DNA of 64,000 nucleotides from an uncultured Candidatus Rokubacteria bacterium (lineage in GTDB: Bacteria > Methylomirabilota > Methylomirabilia > Rokubacteriales > DASRDR01): NCBI GenBank assembly GCA_963805625.1, contig CAWDVE010000019.1, positions 512,001 through 576,000 of the forward strand, in the 5' to 3' direction. This document shows, piece after piece, positions 63,288 to 64,000 of this stretch. The notes under the pieces are model-generated. The model was not told the DNA's origin. It saw only the letters and a list, made by a program, of their open reading frames with translations, and did not search any database. The translations under genes were made by a program, and so were the position numbers. Numbering within the stretch: the stretch's first letter is position 1; the number at the start of each line of letters is the position of its first letter.

Positions 63288-64000
63288 TGGCCCGCCCTGT
63301 CGGACGGCTTTCGGCCTGTTGGCTCGCCTCGCCCGGCTGTCGGGCTGGGGGGGAGCCAGGATGCGATGAGCGGGACGAGACAGAGGCCGGGGAGCGACGC
63401 GAGAAAGGTGAGCGCGAAGTACGGGCCGTAGCCCCACCGCTCGGCGCCGATGCCGCTCACCGCGCCCGCGAGGCGGCCCGTGAACGAGAAGAGCGAGGAG
63501 AGGAACGCGTACTGGAGCGTGGCTCGCTCTGGATCGCAGACGGCTAGGAAGAATCCGAGGAACGCGGCGGTCCCGAGCCCGCCCGCGAATGAGTCGATCA
63601 TGGACGCCGCGTACAGGGCCGGCCAGGGCAGCTCCCACAGGGCGACCGCAGCGTAGCCGAGGTTCGAGACCGCCTGAGGCACGCCGAGCGCCCACAGGGC
63701 GGTCAGGGTGCCGTAGCGCTGCATGAAGGCGCCACCCGCCAGGGCCCCGGCGATCGAGAGCCCGATGCCGAGAGCCGTCGGGACCAGCCCGATCTCGAAG
63801 AGCGAGCGCCCACGGTCCACCCAGAATGGCTTAACCATCGGGCCGATCGCGAACTCGCCCAGCTTGTAGGTGAGGACGAAGAGGATGAGCGGGACCGCGC
63901 GCCAGGTGCCGATCCAGCCCACGAAGGGGGCGAGCCAGTGCCGGCGCGCCTCGGCGGGGACGTCGACCCGCGGGATCCGTCGGACTGCCAGGCCGAGCCC
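63284..64000 (-). CDS. ampG: AmpG-family muropeptide MFS permease (5' end outside window)
   Basis: LFVLTYKLGE...MVKPFWVDRG, GGLGTAAF, ATLQYAFLSSL; directly upstream of nagZ. Confidence 0.85.
   Translation of the reverse strand, partial: GLGLAVRRIPRVDVPAEARRHWLAPFVGWIGTWRAVPLILFVLTYKLGEFAIGPMVKPFWVDRGRSLFEIGLVPTALGIGLSIAGALAGGAFMQRYGTLTALWALGVPQAVSNLGYAAVALWELPWPALYAASMIDSFAGGLGTAAFLGFFLAVCDPERATLQYAFLSSLFSFTGRLAGAVSGIGAERWGYGPYFALTFLASLPGLCLVPLIASWLPPSPTAGRGEPTGRKPSDRAGQ

Overview
High-GC (visually ~70%) bacterial chromosome segment with about 50 densely packed genes and no rRNA, tRNA or CRISPR array seen. The gene repertoire (orphan ABC substrate-binding protein, Bug/TctC, LLM oxidoreductases, form-II CoxL-like protein, short 'DRR'-motif protein) suggests Candidatus Rokubacteria/Methylomirabilota; this is an inference. 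Content: catabolic enzymes, peptidases, a PGM1-like ATP-grasp ligase, peptidoglycan turnover genes (two mltA, nagZ, ampG), a pilT-pilU operon, an intact DDE transposase element, an IS110 remnant and several pseudogenes. Four observations stand out. (1) A translationally coupled six-gene operon (61883->52356) joins FabF, ACP and an atypical ketosynthase to a multi-TM sensor kinase, a His-less pseudokinase and a hybrid kinase, which could be a ketosynthase-derived signal/sensor circuit. (2) A dispersed 102-bp element (35840-35941 +, 63186-63287 -) forms a 33-codon mini-ORF that overlaps the upstream stop and the downstream start in both copies. (3) A PilB-like protein with an intact MshEN domain but no ATPase motifs sits in front of pilT/pilU behind a sigma-54-type promoter. 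(4) A circularly permuted PKD-like protein is followed by a half-domain partner. All family assignments come from motif recognition by eye, not from database searches.
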